From Eledone cirrhosa (Eukaryota), in assembly GCA_964016885.1 (NCBI GenBank), contig OZ024740.1, forward strand, positions 103,664,001 through 103,728,000: a DNA stretch of 64,000 nt. The letters are read 5' to 3'. Below the pieces are notes generated by a model. It was not told the DNA's origin and searched no databases. It saw only the letters and a list, made by a program, of their open reading frames with translations. Position 1 is the stretch's first letter, and each line of letters begins with the position of its first letter. This document shows, in pieces, positions 1 to 16,281 of the stretch. The translations under genes and the position numbers were made by a program.

Positions 1-455
1 TAGTCGTGCAGAGAGGTGATATAGGCGTGCAGACAGACAGTCGTGCAGAGAGGTGATATAGGCGTGCAGACAGACAGTCGTGCAGAGAGGTGATATAGGC
101 GTGCAGACAGACAGTCGTGCAGAGAGGTGATATAGGCGTGCAGACAGACATAACTGATAATTTGGTTACGCTAATGTTTTTCTCTGCGTTGCAGTGTTTA
201 CATTTTCGATCTTTGTTAATAAATAACCAGTGCAGTTTCTATCCCCAGCATCCTCTTTTGTTATAACATTCGAGTTATCGTTATGTTTTCTTAACTTCAT
301 AAGGCATATTGTTGGTTGAGGGAATATTAATCAAAAACACCACATGCAAGTCTGCACAGTAGACACTACAGTTTTTAAGCCAAGAAAGAAACTTAACATT
401 GTAACTTTAACACAGCTACTGAGCGACCCCGAGCAACGCCGGGCTTTACTGCTAG
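1..455 (+). mobile_element. 3' end of a probably non-autonomous Helitron carrying the 37-bp minisatellite
   Basis: GC hairpin CCCG-AGCAACGC-CGGG (428-443), then CTAG (452-455) 8 nt later and a target T (456). This is the classical Helitron 3' terminus. Confidence 0.6.
4..150. repeat. 37-bp tandem minisatellite, ~4 copies visible (continues past the window start)
   Basis: Unit TCGTGCAGAGAGGTGATATAGGCGTGCAGACAGACAG starts at 4, 41, 78 and 115, with no spacers. Confidence 0.95.
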
Positions 456-1016
456 TTAACAATAAAAATAATAAGAGGAAGAATAATAATAATCATATTT
501 ATTTACTTATCTTCCCACAATTCTATATTTATTATTCAAATTTAAATATTTGAATATTTTATTCATTTATTCATACATGAACCTTTACACACATTTTTAT
601 GGAACTGTGTAGGTGAGCATTTCAAGTAATCTCAACACCTTTCTTGCTTCATCAAATAATACACTCTTTTCCTCTATCTTTCAGTCTTTGGACATATTTC
701 TTTATGTTCATTCGAACTTTTGGAAGTTTAACAGTGATACTTTTTTGAATAAGATGCAAATGTTTAAATTTGCATAAAATATTTTTGAAATAATTATACC
801 TGTATTCTACAGATGTAATACCCCTTTGTTTGTGAATATCCCAGTATGGAAGGGCACAATATTTCTGTTAAAAATTAATGTAGGCTCACTGTATTTACAC
901 ATACACATCAATATACACATGCATATATGTATAGGTATATATTCATTATGTGTGTAAATATATACAAATACATACATATATCATACATTAATACACATAT
1001 ACATACATATATATAT

Positions 1017-1910
1017 CATCATCATCATCATCAGGTTTAGCGTCCGTGTTCCACGCTTGCATGGGTTTGGACGGGGGTTTTCCCACTTGAGGCAAGAGTG
1101 TTTGTCTTGCTCGCATAGGACTGTCTGGCGGGTTTTCTACAGTTGGATGCCCTTCCTAACACCAACCACATTTACAGTGTGGGGCTGGGAGGTTTTTACC
1201 GTGTTGCCTACACGGCCACATTACAGCGTGGACTGTCTGGCGGGTTTTCTACAGCTGGATGCCCTTCCTAACACCAACCACATTTACAGTGTGGGGCTGG
1301 GAGGTTTTTACCGTGTTGCCTACACGGCCACATTTACAGCGTGGACTGTGTGTTTTTTTGTCGTGACACCTACACGATCTCATTTGTTTCGGCCTGGATG
1401 TTGTGGGACCAACATAACTTTACATTGAAAGGGGCGGTGTGGGTGGGGTGGAGGTGGTGGGACGGGGGTGTGTTTTGATAGAGATGCCTACTGACTGTAG
1501 TAGGTTTTTACTTTGTATTTAGGTAAGGCGGGTCTTCTCTATTACTGAGTACCGCCAAAGGTGTCGGTCCAGTGACATTGTCTTGGAGAGGTGTAAGCGT
1601 GTGAGGTCGGAATTTATCAGCTCGTCCCATGTTTTTCTGGGTCTGCCTACTCCGTGGCTACCGTCTATCTTTATTGCCCTGCACTTTGTTATACAGCTGT
1701 CGTCTTTCATGCGCATCACGTGACCGTACCAACGTAGCCTTCTCTCGAGTAAACAACATCTGATCCCTCTTATTTCTAATTTTTTCCTTAGTTCGTTTAT
1801 GCTTTGCCGTTCACGTATATTACTATTGCACATCCAGCGGAGCATGCAAGCTTCGTTCCTCTCTAGTCTGCGTATATCCTCTGCACACAATGCCCAGGTC
1901 TCACTGCCAT
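1017..1910 (-). mobile_element. 3' part of an RTE-clade LINE (ORF C-terminus, 3' UTR, (ATG)n tail); continuation of the element at 6220-9030
   Basis: 1519-1910 encodes GSETWALC..RRLERNEACMLRWMC..RRLRWYGHVMRM..GRPRKTW, an RTE C-terminus. (CAT)n tail at 1017-1032. The 3' UTR contains a ~112-bp tandem duplication. Confidence 0.92.
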
Positions 1911-2055
1911 ATATATATATATATATATGACAGCGTGTATTTTTTATTTGGGAGAACTGCTGTATTCTAATCTACCAGTCTCTTCTTAGCGCTGAGGGAG
2001 ACCATCACCATTCTGTTAATGTTGATATAATTCTTATATCGTTATTAATTGATCA

Positions 2056-2178
2056 TCCACTGATGAGTTTATAAGTGCCCGCTTGTGTATAAAACTATGG
2101 ATTATATACAAGTTTCTACATTATTCTAAACTTTTTATCCCAAATTGTAGAAATCTTATAACGAAACGGCCGTCTGGA
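2056..2178 (+). ncRNA. Type I hammerhead ribozyme with a large branched stem II
   Basis: UCCA-CUGAUGA-GUUUAUAAG..(two hairpins)..CUUAUAAC-GAAAC-GGCC-GUC-UGGA. Predicted cleavage after C2174. Confidence 0.82.
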
Positions 2179-2814
2179 AGAAATGAGATATTTATTTAAT
2201 AATGTCTCATATAAAATAATACAACCAATTATCCACGAAATACTGATTAATTAGCACCCCAAACACTAAATTGGGATAATACTTAAGTATATCCTAATGT
2301 TTGTTGAGTAAGATGGAGTTTGTCGGAGTATCGCTTAAGGCTTTCTCTGTTTATGTATTGAATATATACTCTTGGGAGCCTGATGTGGATTCCAGTTATA
2401 AGATATGACTCTCTTTATTATTATTATTTTTTATATGAAATACTGATTGATCTTCCTTGTATCCCATGTCTGATTTAGCCTTAGAGAATAGCTATGTGTA
2501 TATATGGGTGATCCATACATATATTTATTATGTTTTAATATCTGTGTGTGCATTGGTTGTGTATACATGTGGTTATTCTTTTAAATTTCCAATTGAGTTC
2601 TTATACACGTGGTTAATACCTAATAGGTTTAATTGACCAGCGTGTATATTGTTTTATTTTAAGATGACCTCCCTTTACCCTTTTGGAGACAGCATGTATT
2701 TTTTATTTGGGAGAACTACTGGATTCTAATCTACCAGTCTCTTCTTAGCGCTGAGGGAGACCATCACCATTCTGTTAATGTTGATATAATTCTTATATCG
2801 TTATTGACTGGGCA

Positions 2815-2938
2815 TCCACTGATGAGTTTATAAGTGCCCGCTTATGTATAAAACTATGGATTATATACAAGTTTCTACACAACCAGGAAATTATTTATCC
2901 CAAATTGTAGAAATCCTATAACGAAACGGCCATCTGGA
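2815..2938 (+). ncRNA. Second copy of the branched-stem-II HHR (GUC changed to AUC, probably weakened)
   Basis: UCCA-CUGAUGA-..-GAAAC-GGCC-AUC-UGGA, which leaves a C:A mismatch in stem III. Confidence 0.7.
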
Positions 2939-3116
2939 AGAAATGAGATATTTATTTAATAATGTCTCATATAAAATAATACAACCAATGATCCACGAAA
3001 TACTGATTAGTTAGCACCCCAAACACTAAATTGGGATAATACTTAAGTATATCCTAATGTTTGTTGAGTGAGATGGGGTTGGTCGAAGTATCGCTTAAGG
3101 CTTTCTCTGTTTATGT

Positions 3117-3153
<37 letters not shown>

Positions 3154-3235
3154 CAGATTGACTTTGTTAGTTTCAGAAGATACCGTTAAAGGTGAAAGCA
3201 GCGATTCTTTGCTTAAACTTTAATCTGTTATTTTA

Positions 3236-3313
<78 letters not shown>

Positions 3314-3354
3314 TTATATATATATATGTATATTTATACACATACATACTTCAT

Positions 3355-3432
3355 GAAGGTGCGTGGCTGAGTGGTTAGGGAATTGGATTCGCAATCATGA
3401 GGTTGTGAGTTCGATTTTATTTCATGTTGCTC
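3355..3432 (+). mobile_element. Truncated tRNA-derived SINE head
   Basis: GCGTGGCTGAGTGGTTAGG (A box) and GAGTTCGATT (B box). Confidence 0.55.
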
Positions 3433-3864
3433 CTTCTGGAGTTGCGACTGATAGACAGTCTATTAGAAAGTTTCCTTGGTCCCATTTCAGGAAAGTCAAT
3501 CAACTGTTGATACATACATATATATACATACGGAGTGGGTAGACCAACAAAAACCTGGGACAAGGTGATAAAAGTATGAAACTAATACTAATATCATTTG
3601 TACTGCCTCTCTGTCTTTTGTTCTCTGTTCATTTACTAAACTATACACACACACACATACACACAAACAAACATATATATATATATATGCAGAGGTTATA
3701 TTTAATTTGTTGGGATTCAACAAGCTTAAAGATTTTTATAACTGATATAAAGCACTCAACAAATTAGTGGAGTGAATACACAATATATGACTATCCAAGA
3801 AGCTCCAACCGTTACGGTTGTCTTTTTTCCGGGTATGTCAATATTTATTTATATAACAAATCTG

Positions 3865-3930
3865 TATTTTATCTGATGAAAGCGCACCATAATTTGCCTT
3901 GGTGGCCCTTGAAATATGTATAATAAAATA
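3865..3930 (+). ncRNA. Minimal type I HHR inside a ~280-bp (TA)n-flanked element (3690-3972)
   Basis: UAUUUUAU-CUGAUGA-AAGCGCACCA..UGGUGGCCCUU-GAAAU-AUGU-AUA-AUAAAAUA, with an 8-bp stem I. Confidence 0.75.
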
Positions 3931-3984
3931 GATATGGTTTTATAAATATAGTTTCCATTTAATAATATATTGTATATATATATA

Positions 3985-4549
3985 TGGTGGCTGCCAACTC
4001 GTTTTCGAGTACGGCCACTACTTTATATCCATGTAGGAGAACCCCTACCGATGCGCTGAACGAGTGTGACTTTTTAGTCCAGCCAGCGACTTGAAAACTC
4101 TGGTACAAACACTACACTTGTGACAATTATTGACACATAGTGCTGGGCCCATGGTACCATGTGACGACAAGTGCAGAGAGATCTCCAGATATAAAGCAAT
4201 GCCTGTGCCGTGAAGCTTTTATAGTGAGCAAAGGCACTGCACAAAGCCAGTCCCACGCTCTTAATCAAGATGATATTTACCAAAAAGAAGAACAAGTCAA
4301 CATCATTGGATACCATCAGGGTTGCAGGTGTTATATCAGAGTTTTCCTTCTCCTAGAATTCTGCCTTGACAAAGGCTAAGGGATCATCTCTCCCGGTGAT
4401 TTTGGATGGCCATTGACTCTTAAGAGCTCCTTTGCCCTTTGACAGGTTTTGTTTTTAGTCCTGCAGGATGTCCAAAGTCACCCTCCTCACCAAGAAACCT
4501 TGGTGGGGTTGCCAGTTTAGTCACCAACGACCCAGCCATGAGACAGGTT
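3985..4549 (-). mobile_element. Short non-autonomous RTE-related element (SINE-like, possibly bipartite)
   Basis: The minus strand contains CTAGGAGAAGGAAAACTCTGA, which from memory is RTE 5'-UTR-like. Its terminus GGTGGCTGCC..TCG..GAG..GCCA recurs at ~13648 and ~52174. (TA)n-flanked. Confidence 0.5.
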
Positions 4550-5549
<1,000 letters not shown>

Positions 5550-6219
5550 ATGGGAAAGTAAAAAATCGGAGAATAGACCGTTAAAACATGTTCATTTAAA
5601 ACAGCACCTACGTACGTTTCGCCCAGTTGGGCTTCTCAAGGGCATAAATAATCACAAGTGTTCCTTATATTGCTCGGAAAGAGTTTTTGGGGTTAAATCC
5701 ACATCAAGGTTCATTGCTCGCAAAAATATCTTGTTTTGATTTTGCAGCAGGTCAAGGGAGGTAACTGGCCAGTGTTAGGGCAGTCTTTCCCGGACAATTT
5801 TTTTTTTTTTTTGCCGCATCCGTTTGTCTGAGGCTGGGTCTGGTATTACAAAACCAACAAAGGCGACGGCCTACTACCAACGCCTTCCAACCAACATCTT
5901 CGTGTACATAAACATGGAAGAGGTAGAAAAAGTGCACCCGAGCATAAAGTGAAAGGGGCACCGAACGGGCGACTGCGCATTAACACACATAAGAGCGGTC
6001 ACTTAGATGGAACCACCCATAGCAAAAGTACAAGGACACGTAATCGCCACCGTAACGTCCTATGGTCCCCCCCCCCTATTCTCGGAATGTGGCCTCCAAC
6101 ATACCCCGGATGTTCTTCGAAGCCTTAGAGAAGAACTTGATAGAACAATGATAGCCTTACCATGGGAAATAGACGGAACCACGACAGAAATTGCAACTGC
6201 CGCGACAGAGGACAGTAGA
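5550..6219 (-). mobile_element. ~670-bp non-coding HHR-bearing insertion with a (TA)n tail, which split the RTE LINE
   Basis: The 16-bp duplication CAGGTCTCACTGCCAT at 1895-1910 and 6220-6235 brackets this element plus nested material. The HHR lies ~55 nt before the TA tail. Confidence 0.7.
5604..5643 (-). ncRNA. Minimal type I HHR, U3-A8 core variant
   Basis: Minus strand GCCC-UUGAGAA-GCCC AACU GGGC-GAAAC-GUAC-GUA-GGUGC. Palindromic ACGUACGU in stem/loop III. Confidence 0.72.
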
Positions 6220-9030
6220 CAGGTCTCACTGCCATGCAACATTGCTGTTCGTATGCAGGCATCATACAACCTGCCTTTCCTTTTTAGGGAGAACCCTTTA
6301 GTGGCTAATAGTGGTATAAGCTCTCTGAACTTTTTCCATCCAGTTCTGACTCTAGCTACTGTACTTTCAGAGCACCCTTTCCCACTGCTGATTTTGTCAC
6401 CCAGGTAACGGAAGCTGTCCACTATTTCTATAGAGCCCTCTGCGCAGTTGAAAGAGCTAGTATTTTGTGGGCACTTGCTGCTACTTATTGCACCAGAGCA
6501 CCGGCCACATGTGAAATCTATGTTCTTAGTTAGCTTCCCTGTGATCCCACTACATCTTTTATGCACCCATACTTTGCATTTCTGACACAAAATGGAGTTT
6601 CTACCTACGCCTTTCCTACACACTGAGCATGGCCACTTCCCGGAAGGGACCGCCGCCTTATTTTCTTTCCTACAAACTAGAACTTTGGTCTTAGCCAGAT
6701 TAATTTTAAGGCCTTTTGATTCTAGGCCGTGATTCCATGTTTGGAATTTCTTCTCTAGCTCGACCATTGATTCAACTATGAGTGTTAGGCCGTCTGCGTA
6801 TAGGAATTCCTATGGGCAGCCGGTCTTGAACTCCTCTGTTATAGCCTGAAGGGCAATAATAAATAGTAGGGGGCTGAGAACAGAGCCCTGATGGATGCCA
6901 ACTTTTACGCTAAACTCTTCACTATATTCGTTGTTAATTCTAACCTTGCTGACTGTTTCTTTATACATGGCTTGTATAGCTCTCACAAGCCATTCGTCGA
7001 CACCTAGTTTTCTAAGGGCCCACCAGATAATGGAACGGGGGACTCTGTCGAAGGCCTTCTCCAAGTCGACAAAAGCTAAGTAGAGGGGTTTACTTTTAGC
7101 TAGGTACCTCTCTTGTAGTTGTCGTACAATGAAAAGAGCGTCTGTGGTACTTTTGCCTGACACAAACCCGAACTGCATTTCATCTAGGTCAATTCTCTCT
7201 CTGATTGGTTGCGCTATTACTTTGTCCGTGACCTTCATGACCTGGTCAATTAATTTAATGCCTCTATAGTTACTCCTATCTAGGGCATCTCCTTTACCCT
7301 TATAACAGTTAACGATGATGATGCTACGCCAGTCCTTCGGAACAACCCCATTCTGTACGACTTGGTTAACTATCCGGGTGACCATGGTGTGTCCCACCGT
7401 GCCAGATGCCTTCAGCATCTCAGCAACTATTTCCGAAGGCCCAGCCGCCTTACCCGTCTTCATATCCTTGATTGCCTTACTTATTATACTCCCCTTGACT
7501 AACACTGCTGGTCCCTCTATTGGGTCGATGTGGGGGGAGACTGTCTTTCTCCCATTTATTCTCCTCATTTAGTAGCCTTTCATAGTGACACTTCCAAGCT
7601 ACCTTCTTATCAGCGTCGGTGATGGCAAGTACGCCGTCATCATTAAGTACACACTTCTCCCCGACAATATCACGGTTTTCCTTGACACATTGCCTAGCAA
7701 TCCTGAACACCTCACGTTTTTGGTCCTCGCGTTGTAGAACATGCTTGAACTTTCTTTCCTCTGCTTCCCTTCTTGCGAAGTACACTTGTCTCCTAGCTTC
7801 CCTCCTGGCCACTTGATAGTCTTCTCTACTTCCCCCATCCCGCCATACTTTCCAAGCCTGCTTTTTGGCCTTAATTGACCCCTCCACCTTACTGTTCCAC
7901 GACCATGTTACTCTCCTCCTGCATACAGGCCTGCTCCAGCCACAGACTTCGTCTGCCGCCATCAGCAGGTTTGCTTTCAGGAATTCCCACTGCTCCTCTA
8001 TATTGTACGACTCTAATTGCTCTTCCTTACTGTCGAAAACATCAAGTAGTATGCTTTTAAATTTATTTCTGGCTGTGGGGTCCTTTAGCTTCCATATTTT
8101 TCTCCTGAGGATAGTCCTCTTCTGTTGTCTAGTACGTCTCGTCCTGACTATTAGGTCGCTAATTATCAGTCTATGTTGGGAGGTGCATTCTTCATGGGGG
8201 AGGGATTTAGTGTTTACAACAGACACTCTGTCACGTCTTCTGGTAAGGATATAATCTACCTGGCTTGTGTGTTCCCCGGATCTATAGGTGATCAGGTGAT
8301 TTAAGTTAGTGTTACAGATAGTTAGGTTATTTGCGTCACAGAATTCCAGGATTCTGGAGCCTTCCTCATTTCTAGTACCAAACCCATAGCCTCTATGGAT
8401 TTCGTCGTAGCCGTCACAATGTTGTCCAACGTGACCATTTAGGTCGCCTGCAATAATTATATAGTCACTGTCGGATATTTGGGAGGTAGTGAGCATCAGT
8501 GTCTCATAGAATCTGTTTTTTATAGTGCTGGGCAGTCCGGATTGGGCTGCATACGCAGATATTACTGTCACCGTAGTTCTATTGAGGACAAGTCTTATTT
8601 TAATTATTCTGTCGTTCACTCTATTTACGTCTATTATCTTATCTGCCCACTTTTCTGCTACCATGATTCCTACTCCACCCAGCCCATCGTCATTTCCCAC
8701 CCAGAAAAGCTTATAGCATCGTTTTTTACCCTCAATGAATCTAGCAGACCCACCCCTCCACCTGGTCTCTTGAATACAACAAACATCGACCTTATGTTCG
8801 AGCATTTCTACAACCTCGTTAGAGCGACCCTTTAAGGTGCCTACATTCATGGTACCAACTCTGAAGTTTTGGAATGCGTTTGAAGGGTGGGAGCGGTGGG
8901 GAGCGGGGGGAGATGGGGTTATGTTAGCCATCCGCGGCCGAAACAAAGATCAGTTGCTTGCGGTGAGTCACTGGACCCCATCGTGTTATCAGGAAGGTTG
9001 GTTGCATTTTCGATTTCATCTCTTTTTCTT
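6220..9030 (-). mobile_element. RTE-clade LINE, 5' ~2.8 kb (5' UTR, APE endonuclease, RT with PHD-like insert); inactivated
   Basis: APE motifs [35 protein letters not shown] motifs NYRGIKL, QFGF, FVDLEKAFDRVP, QGSVLSPLLF. Disabled by a frameshift near 7560, a stop at 6810 and YADD changed to YADG. Confidence 0.96.
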
Positions 9031-9061
<31 letters not shown>

Positions 9062-9126
9062 GTATATATATATGTATATATATATATATGTATATATATA
9101 TGTATATATATATATATGTATATATA

Positions 9127-9177
<51 letters not shown>

Positions 9178-9197
9178 GTATATATATATATATGTAT

Positions 9198-9808
9198 ATC
9201 ATCATCACCGTTTTACGTCCGTTCTTCCACGCTAGCATGGGTTAGACGGGTTGTCCTGTTGTGGGCAGTGTCTGGTCGGCTGACCATGCCTTGCTCATAC
9301 AGGAACTGATCTGGCTTGATTTCTACAGCTGGATGCCCTTCCTAACACCAACCTCATTTACAGTGAGTGCTGGGTGCTTTTTCGTGGCGCCTACACGTCC
9401 ACTTTACAGTGTGGGCTGGGTGCTTTTTTGCCGTGGCACCTCCACGACCACCTTGCGGTGGGGGGGGGGGGGCATATTGTTTATATGCTTCAGCATGTAC
9501 CCATGGGAGGTCGGGTACCCTGTATTACTGCGTGACGCCAGAAGTCACGGTCGTGTGTCATTGACTTTGAGAGGTGTAGTTGGGTAAGGTCGGCTTTTAT
9601 CACCTCATCCCAAGTCATCTTGGGTCTCCCCACTCCGCGGTTTCCATCAACTTCTAGTGCTCTGCACCTTTTTATGCAGCTGTCATCCTTCATACGCATC
9701 ACATGTCCATACCAGCGTAACCGCCTCTCCTGCACGCAGCATTTGATTCCTCTTATGCTCAGTCTCTCTCTCAATTCCTTTATGCTTTGTCGTTCACGTA
9801 TATTACTG

Positions 9809-9810
<2 letters not shown>
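9198..9810 (-). mobile_element. 5'-truncated RTE LINE 3' fragment (related subfamily)
   Basis: NSNIRERQS..RRLRWYGHVMRM..GRPKMTW, then 3' UTR and (ATG)n tail; sits between (TA)n tracts. Confidence 0.9.
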
Positions 9811-9847
<37 letters not shown>

Positions 9848-9850
<3 letters not shown>

Positions 9851-10191
9851 TCATTCATCATCATTTCATTTTACGTCCGCTTTTCCCTGCTTGCAAGGGT
9901 GGGACGGGAACCGATTCTGGCTTGATTTCTACAGCTGGATGCCCTTCCTAACACCAACCTCATTTACAGTGAGTGCTGGGTGCTTTTTGCCGTGGCACCT
10001 CCACGACCACTTTGCAGTGGAATGATAGGGACCCCAGTCCCTATCATCTCATTTCTACAGCTGAGTAAACTGGAGCAATGTGAAATAAAGTGTCTTGCTC
10101 AAGGAAACAACACATCACCCGGTCTGAGAATTGAACTCACAATCTTTCGATTGTAAGCCCAATGCTCTAACCACTAAGCGATGTGCCTCCA
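9848..10191 (-). mobile_element. SINE family 1, full length (tRNA head, CORE-like middle, RTE-shared tail)
   Basis: Reverse complement of the copies at 32620, 52711 and 63634. Confidence 0.9.
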
Positions 10192-13646
<3,455 letters not shown>

Positions 13647-16222
13647 GATGGCTGCCTCCTCGTTATTGAGTATGGCCATTGCACGATATACCATTATTAA
13701 TAATCATTAATTAATTCTATCGTGCAATGTCTGTGCATGAACAGTTTTTTTTAAAGTGAGGAAAGACTGTGCACTGAGCCAATCCCACTCTCTGAGTGAC
13801 AGTAGCTATTACCTGATCACTGATCTCAATTAGATGAATGACAACAGCCTGTGACGGCAACAGCCTCATATGCAAGATGAGAGAGAAGACATGATCATCA
13901 TTTTAAAGTTTGTTTGTTTTTCCATGCCAGCCTGTTATGGATGAGACATTTGAGGCAGTGCTCTACAGTCAGAGATGTAGTATTTTTTACACTGATCTTC
14001 ACACATCAAACAGGACATACTGTTTATGCAGCACATAAACAATGCTGCCAGTTACTTTTGATTGAATACATATGAGGAAACAAACAAACACACACTCAGC
14101 ATGCTTCTGCATTGTTTCCACCTACCAAAATTCCCTTTAAAAACCTTAGTTAGCCTGAGATTATAGTAGAAAACACTTGCACAAAGTGCTATTCAGTCAG
14201 ACCAAACCCAAAACCTTGTAGCTGGAAGCAAGTTTCTTAACCACACAATCTTACCTGCACCTACACACACAAACACACACACACACACATATATTTACAA
14301 GGGTCGGTTTTGGGGAGAGAGATCACGTGTCACTACAAGTCAAAAACTGTTGCACTTAGTGATGGCATGGACTCGACTTGTATGAATTGTTTAGACAAAC
14401 TTTTCCGTTGGAAGGTGGGGGGAATTACCTGCTGAAGACATGCTGAAGACATGCTGAAGACATGCTGCAGCACCCAGTTATGTAATGTCTGCAGATATTA
14501 CATAACTGTGAATAACAGTTGCAGTTGTAACTGTTATGGTCTGACTGTAGCACAGAAACTGTCGTCAGTTCAGGTTCATATGATTAACAAATATCACCCA
14601 CATGTAACCAATTATCTTACTGTTAATGTATGTCTCCACTCTGAGTTATAAGTTTGTATTTCTGACGTACAAATCTTGTAATATCATTTAATAAGTCAGT
14701 GACTGCCAGAGATGTACGGATTCTCTTCGACCTCGCCTAGTTTATCTCCAGCAACAGGGAAAGTTTGAAATAAATTTCTTGCTTTGGCCATCCTGTGTAC
14801 AATTTTAAAGTGAATTTGCACTAAGAATTGATAAGTGTTGGGATAACTGGTATTGTTGGAATTGAAGATTACATCATTGTTACTTCATTTCTAATGAAAT
14901 CACTATATTTGAACCAATTAATGAAGAATTTTGATGGATTTAATTACTTTCATTATTATGATGGTATTTGGAACATAATTTATCAAAAAGTGTCAAAAGA
15001 GTTAAACACAGCCTAGAGCATTAAACAGTATAAGTTGGAATTTAGCCAAGAAAACAAGTAACTATTTCAAGATGAATATGTATATATATTTATAGACATC
15101 TATACAACTGTGTCTGTGTGTATATACATATGTGTGTACTATAACAGACACATTGGCTATGTGTTGTTAAGGTGCAGGACTATTGATCATATTGTCATGA
15201 GATGAAACCTTATCATAACCTTCATACAGTACTTCTGCTGGGTAAAACACATAAATTCTATGTTTCTGTTAGCCTAACAACAATTCTGCTTCTATTTGAG
15301 TTGTTTGCAATAGGAATTTCATTGTAATGTAAAAATAGTTGCTGTAGCAAAAATCATTCCACTCATACTAACATCGCAAAAAGACAAAAAAAAAAAAAGA
15401 AAGGAAGAAGGAATGTGGAACAAAGAAAAACAATTAGAAACAACATAGAATTATAGATACTGACATTGTATTTTGCAATTGTTTTGAACCTCCAAACAGA
15501 ATATTTAATCCAGATACAGGAAGAACAGAACTTGTGAGCCAACACAACATTAAAACATTGAAAAATGTTATTTAATGCCAACACACATACGCACATATAT
15601 AAAGATGAAAGTAGACTGTTTTCATTCATTAGATATATTTATGCATTTATGACTAAAATGAACCAGGCATCAGCTAGTAAGCTGTCCAGTTGTCTTTTGA
15701 GCATCACAAGCAGCTTTGATTAGCATGCAAACTCCATAGAAGCTGAAGCATCAAAGAGAGATAATAAAAGAAAGGAAAGGAAAAAAAAACACAAACACAC
15801 ACTCACACACAAAATGGGTTGAGTTGAAAGGGACTCAAAAAGAAAACTGTTCAAGTCCTTCGACATATAACCATGAAGAAATTAATGTAAACCACATCAT
15901 GCACTGCAAAATTGTTTCCTATATCTACCAACTTTCAAACAATCACCACCACTAGTTCTAACACAACTAACCATATTACTTTAATTGAAAGTAGCAATTA
16001 TCAATAATTAATTAATTATTGATTTATAATATAAAATAATTTCAAATTGTTATTTTTTTATGAACAACAGAATGTCAAGAAATTCAAGTGGACTGAATTG
16101 AATAAGTTATGGAGGAAATATTAATGGTTTGCAGGATGAAATAAGGTATTGACAGATGAGAGTGAGCTATTAATTAAAGAAAATATAAATTCATTGAGAA
16201 ATGTTGGATATATATAAATATG

Positions 16223-16257
<35 letters not shown>

Positions 16258-16281
16258 ATATATATATATATAATATATAAT

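Larger units (their letters stand above)
1929..3120 (+). mobile_element. Non-coding element with two ~432-bp direct repeats, each carrying an HHR (retrozyme-like or Penelope pseudo-LTR-like)
   Basis: 1929-2360 matches 2688-3120 with period 759-760. (TA)n on both sides, no ORF. Confidence 0.85.

Noticed and set aside
4-150. 37-bp repeat of CRISPR-like length
   Set aside because: Head-to-tail copies with no spacers, no cas genes, eukaryotic context.
15677-15750. Possible terminal exon FYGVCMLIKAACDAQKTTGQLTS* (also the ORF at 25300-25530)
   Set aside because: No recognisable homology and weak splice support.
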